64,000 nucleotides of DNA, from the NCBI GenBank assembly GCA_043228905.1, contig JBHGNT010000003.1, positions 10,788,001 to 10,852,000 on the forward strand. Direction: 5' to 3'. The position numbers and the translations under genes are program-made. Position 1 is the stretch's first letter. Each line of letters starts with the position of its first letter. This DNA is from Azolla caroliniana. Its lineage: Eukaryota; Plantae; Polypodiophyta. Of the stretch, positions 60,379 to 64,000 are shown one piece after another. Below the pieces are notes generated by a model, which made no database searches, was not told where the DNA came from, and worked only from the letters and a program-made list of their open reading frames with translations.

Positions 60379-63300
60379 AACTTAAGAACCGAACCGAACC
60401 ACGAAACCATCTAAACCGAACCGTTTACAGAAAAATCAAACCTAAACCAAACGGTTCTAGAGACATATGAACCATTAAGCCGTTAAAATCGTTAAACCGT
60501 GGTTTCGCAGTTCAGTTTTGGTTTCTTGTTATAAACACATTATTGATGTTTTTTCTAAAATTTACATAAGCCCACATGCTAACATTACGATGACATCTAA
60601 CAAACATGTCAATAACTTCCAAACATGGTAATACTTTCATTCCACCAAGTAGGCTTATTTGTAATTAATATAAAAAGGACATTTGGGTTTATCCACGATT
60701 AGTTACATGTCAATAACTTCAAAACATGTATATATATACAAAATGACATTGATTCGATGTCCAAATAGGGTGATGCTCTGATTCCACCATGTAATATTAT
60801 TTCTAAACAAATAATGTAAATTGCATCTGTTTCAAAAGTAGAGATTATTCCAACATCCTCTTCATCATCGTTTGTGCCATTCTCTACTAGTTCCAATGGG
60901 CTAAAAACCAAAAGATTACCTAATAAAGGCCCATGCCACCAAGGAACAACAAAAAACCAGAATACAACTTTCATGCATTTACCATTCCGGAATCGATGTG
61001 AGTTTAGGATAGAATGCTTCCAAGACACTTAGTTCTCTCTTTTGTTGTACTACTACTTCTGAGCTTTCCTCGCCTAAAGCCATGAACAATGTAGGATCCA
61101 ATAGGAACTGTAGAAATTTTCATATTTACCGGCAAAATAAGAACCCAATGTGACAAATAAGCAAACTATCATATTAGGTTTTAACTAGCAAAGAAAAGCT
61201 ATTACCTTAGGAAGGTTACTCCAAGATATTTCAGGACACATATTCAACTTTGATTCCATGCGAGCTCATTTTGCATGAAATCTTCGAGGAATAATTATAC
61301 ATTTGATTGTGATCATTATTGCCTGAAAAATCTTTTCTAGGATCATTGGAATGGATGAGGTCCTGTTGTATAGGTTCTAAGATAGATGGACAATTATCCA
61401 AAAGAAATAATCGCACCTGTATAACCTACAACCAAGAAATTAGGCATTAACCTTAGCTTTAAAATGTTTGCATGCAAGTAAGGTATTATCTAATACATGT
61501 CCTAAGTTTTGTGTGGATATTTACAGACATGGTTTTTCTTTTTTATTTGCATATTATTAGTGGGTACTATCTAGCATATGAATCTCAGAACACAATCAAT
61601 CTAAACAATGCTCATCCAAGTAACAAATTCATATCCAAATTCTAGAAAAATGATCATATATCATAACAACATCCCATAATTCCATTCCATTACCTGGACA
61701 ACCACTGCATATAAATTCCCCCATATAATATAGAGGATCAATCCTAAACTGCCATATTCACTAAGTCTTGTAGCAAGTCCAATGTAATCCACACAAATAC
61801 AAGGAACAAATTAATGATTAATGTTTGCAACAAAATGTGGAATGTATTATTATTGCCATCTATAAAGATTACATTATAAAGTAGATGAAGAATAAAACTC
61901 ACGTGTTTGAAACCTCAATCAAATTCTGAAACTCACCTGTATAAAACATTGTTGAAACTTAAATTGTTAAATGATTTAAACAAAGAACAAAATACGAAGC
62001 ATAAAAAACATTAAAATTCATAAAAAAATTTGAAGACCTTAGAAAATACCAAAAAGTCATGTGATATTTTATAAACATGAATAACAAGAGTATGAAACTA
62101 AAAAGAAAAATATGGGTAATTAAACACATGATCTTGTTTGACTCAACATACAATCCACTACATCATCCTCCATAGCAATATCTTGCATGTCTATATCCAA
62201 GTTATTATATGCTTCACTGAAATCTTTAGGTAGTGAAATATTTGTCTCATTAAGAACATCCAACCACGACCTAATGCACATTTCAGCCTTGAAAGTGCAC
62301 GAGTGCAAACAAATTATATCTTGAAAGTTATACTTTGCTTCAGAATTAGCCTCCTGTGATGACACTAATGATGTTGACCTATTGTTAAATAGTTACAAGC
62401 CATCTTGTACATTCGAGGTAAAGCAAACCTAGTCTAAATGTAATCAAACATTTTGAAACTAGTTTTGCACAAAATTAAAGAAAAATGTCAAATCTATAAT
62501 TAACAAATGTAAAGAAAACTTGTTGTTGAATCACCATTAAAGTGGATCCGTATCAGTTTTTGCTCGAGGAAATCTCATAAATTGTTCCATTTCTAATTGT
62601 GAAGAAGACATTGATTCTTGAGAAGGTTTATTGACACCTAAGACTTCCCAAATGTCCTCCTGTTTTGTAAGATCTCTAACACATGTTTCATCAATAGAGT
62701 TCGTAACATCAACAACATACTTTTCTTTAACAATCTGCAACGGTTCGGTTTGAACCGAACTAAACTGCGAAACTGCGGCTTAACGGCTTAACGATTTCAA
62801 CGGTTTGGTTCAAGTTTAGGTTTTTTTAAACGGTTCGGTTCGGTTTCAACAGTCAAAAACCACAGTTTAAACGGTTTAACAGTTTTTAATTTTTAATTTT
62901 TAATTTTTAATTTTTTAAAGTTTTTTTAAAAAAAATTTAAAAAGTTTTAAAAAGTTCTAAAAAATTTTAAAATTTGTTTCTAAACAATCTTTTCATTTTT
63001 ACACCTTATTCTCACATTTTAGGAACATCTTAAAAGTTTTAAAAATTCTAAATAATGAAATATTATAAATTTTAAAAAATTAAAAATTTGACCTATGTGG
63101 AAAACCGAAACCGAACCACGAAACCACGGTTTTTACGGTTTAATGGTTTAATGGTTTAATGGTTTAATGGTTTAATGGTTTAATGGTTTCGTGGTTCGGT
63201 TCGGTTCGGTTCGGTTCGGTTTGGACACTCTCAAACCGAACTGAACCATTGCCGATTGTTACTTTTCTTCCAATACTTTGTGAAGCAAATCAATATCCAA

Positions 63301-63489
63301 ATTCCTCTCAATTGTGTTATTCGGTATTGGAATTTTGAAAACACATATGAAGATGAATGACATTATGTATGAGAAAAAAATTAGTAGTAAATTTGTTATG
63401 TATGAGAAAAACTATTAATATAGTGACATATCGTGGATCGAGAAAGGTTGCAATTCGAGAAAGTATGGACTTCAATGATTCTTGGTATC
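60379..63489 (-). mobile_element. Decayed hAT DNA transposon: transposase fragments (62120-62727, ~63270-63480) and subterminal AAACCG/AACCG repeats (60385-60520)
   Basis: RIATFLDPRY, LEMEQFMRFP..TDPL(MV) and CLHSCTFKAEMCIRSWL resemble hAT core and dimerisation motifs. Confidence 0.72.
62728..63261. mobile_element. hAT-type MITE (534 bp)
   Basis: TIR taacaatctgcaacggttcggtt vs rc of aactgaaccattgccgattgtta. 8-bp TSD CTTTTCTT at 62720-62727 and 63262-63269. Internal (ggtttaat)n and (ggttc)n repeats. Confidence 0.92.
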
Positions 63490-64000
63490 TGTTGGGAGAC
63501 AGGTCCCTCCGCATGGGAAGGGAGAAGATCAGTGACGATCAGGTCCCATATGCCTCTGCCGTCAGGAGCTTGATGTACGCAATGGTTTGTACCCGACCGG
63601 ACATTGGATACGCAGTCGGAGTGGTGAGCCAGTTTATGAGCAATCCCGGCAAGGAGCACTGGAACGCGGTCAAGTGGATACTCCGGTATTTGAAGGGCAC
63701 TTCAAATATGTGTCTCCGATTCGGCTCCGGAAAACCTCAACTGGACGGTTTCACCGATTCGGACATGTCGGCTGATGTGGATACCAGCCGGTCTACATCC
63801 GGGTATGTGATGACATATGCAGGGGGAGCTGTTTCGTGGCAGTCGAGGCTGCAGAAGACGGTTGCATTGTCAACCACAGAGGCGGAGTACATGGCGGCTG
63901 TGGAAGCCGGCAAGGAAATATTATGGATGAAGGACTTCATCGGAGAGCTCGGTATCCGGCAAGAGGAATACCGACTCTACTGCGACAGTCAAAGTGCCAT
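63490..64000 (+). mobile_element. Tork-like copia fragment: ~45 bp of LTR start fused to RT end and RNase H, running off the window
   Basis: tgttgggagacaggtccctccg resembles the rc of the LTR A end. Followed by VPYASAVRSLMYAMVCTRPDI..FTDSDM..STTEAEY..YCDSQSA. Confidence 0.88.

Noticed and set aside
63138-63190. (GGTTTAAT)n as an interstitial telomere
   Set aside because: An 8-mer lying inside the MITE; not TTTAGGG.

Overview
Gene-free plant heterochromatin made almost entirely of nested, mostly decayed transposable elements. The Tcn1-like chromovirus suggests a non-seed plant such as a bryophyte or lycophyte (inference). Left part: a Ty3/gypsy RT-RNaseH remnant (1-650) and several Ty1/copia copies (Tork-like A, C; a second family B1, B2). 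Centre: a four-level nest. An old chromovirus D0 holds a 29.5-kb chromovirus D (19629-49184, TSD CCTGA). D's 3' LTR holds a solo LTR (H) and a three-LTR copia (I). D's gag holds element E, which holds F and a very young Athila/OTA-like gypsy G with a ~890-codon extra ORF. Right part: element J, an RTE-like LINE fragment, a Tcn1-like chromovirus, a hAT transposase remnant with a hAT MITE, and another copia fragment. Most notable: E, F and J form a group of pol-less, gag-only LTR elements with TGTCG...CGACA termini, a tRNA-Trp primer site and 4-bp TSDs, all three centred on CpG. G has a hairpin instead of a polypurine tract and lacks its RT core. No host gene, rRNA or CRISPR array is supportable. 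All alignments and counts were done by eye.
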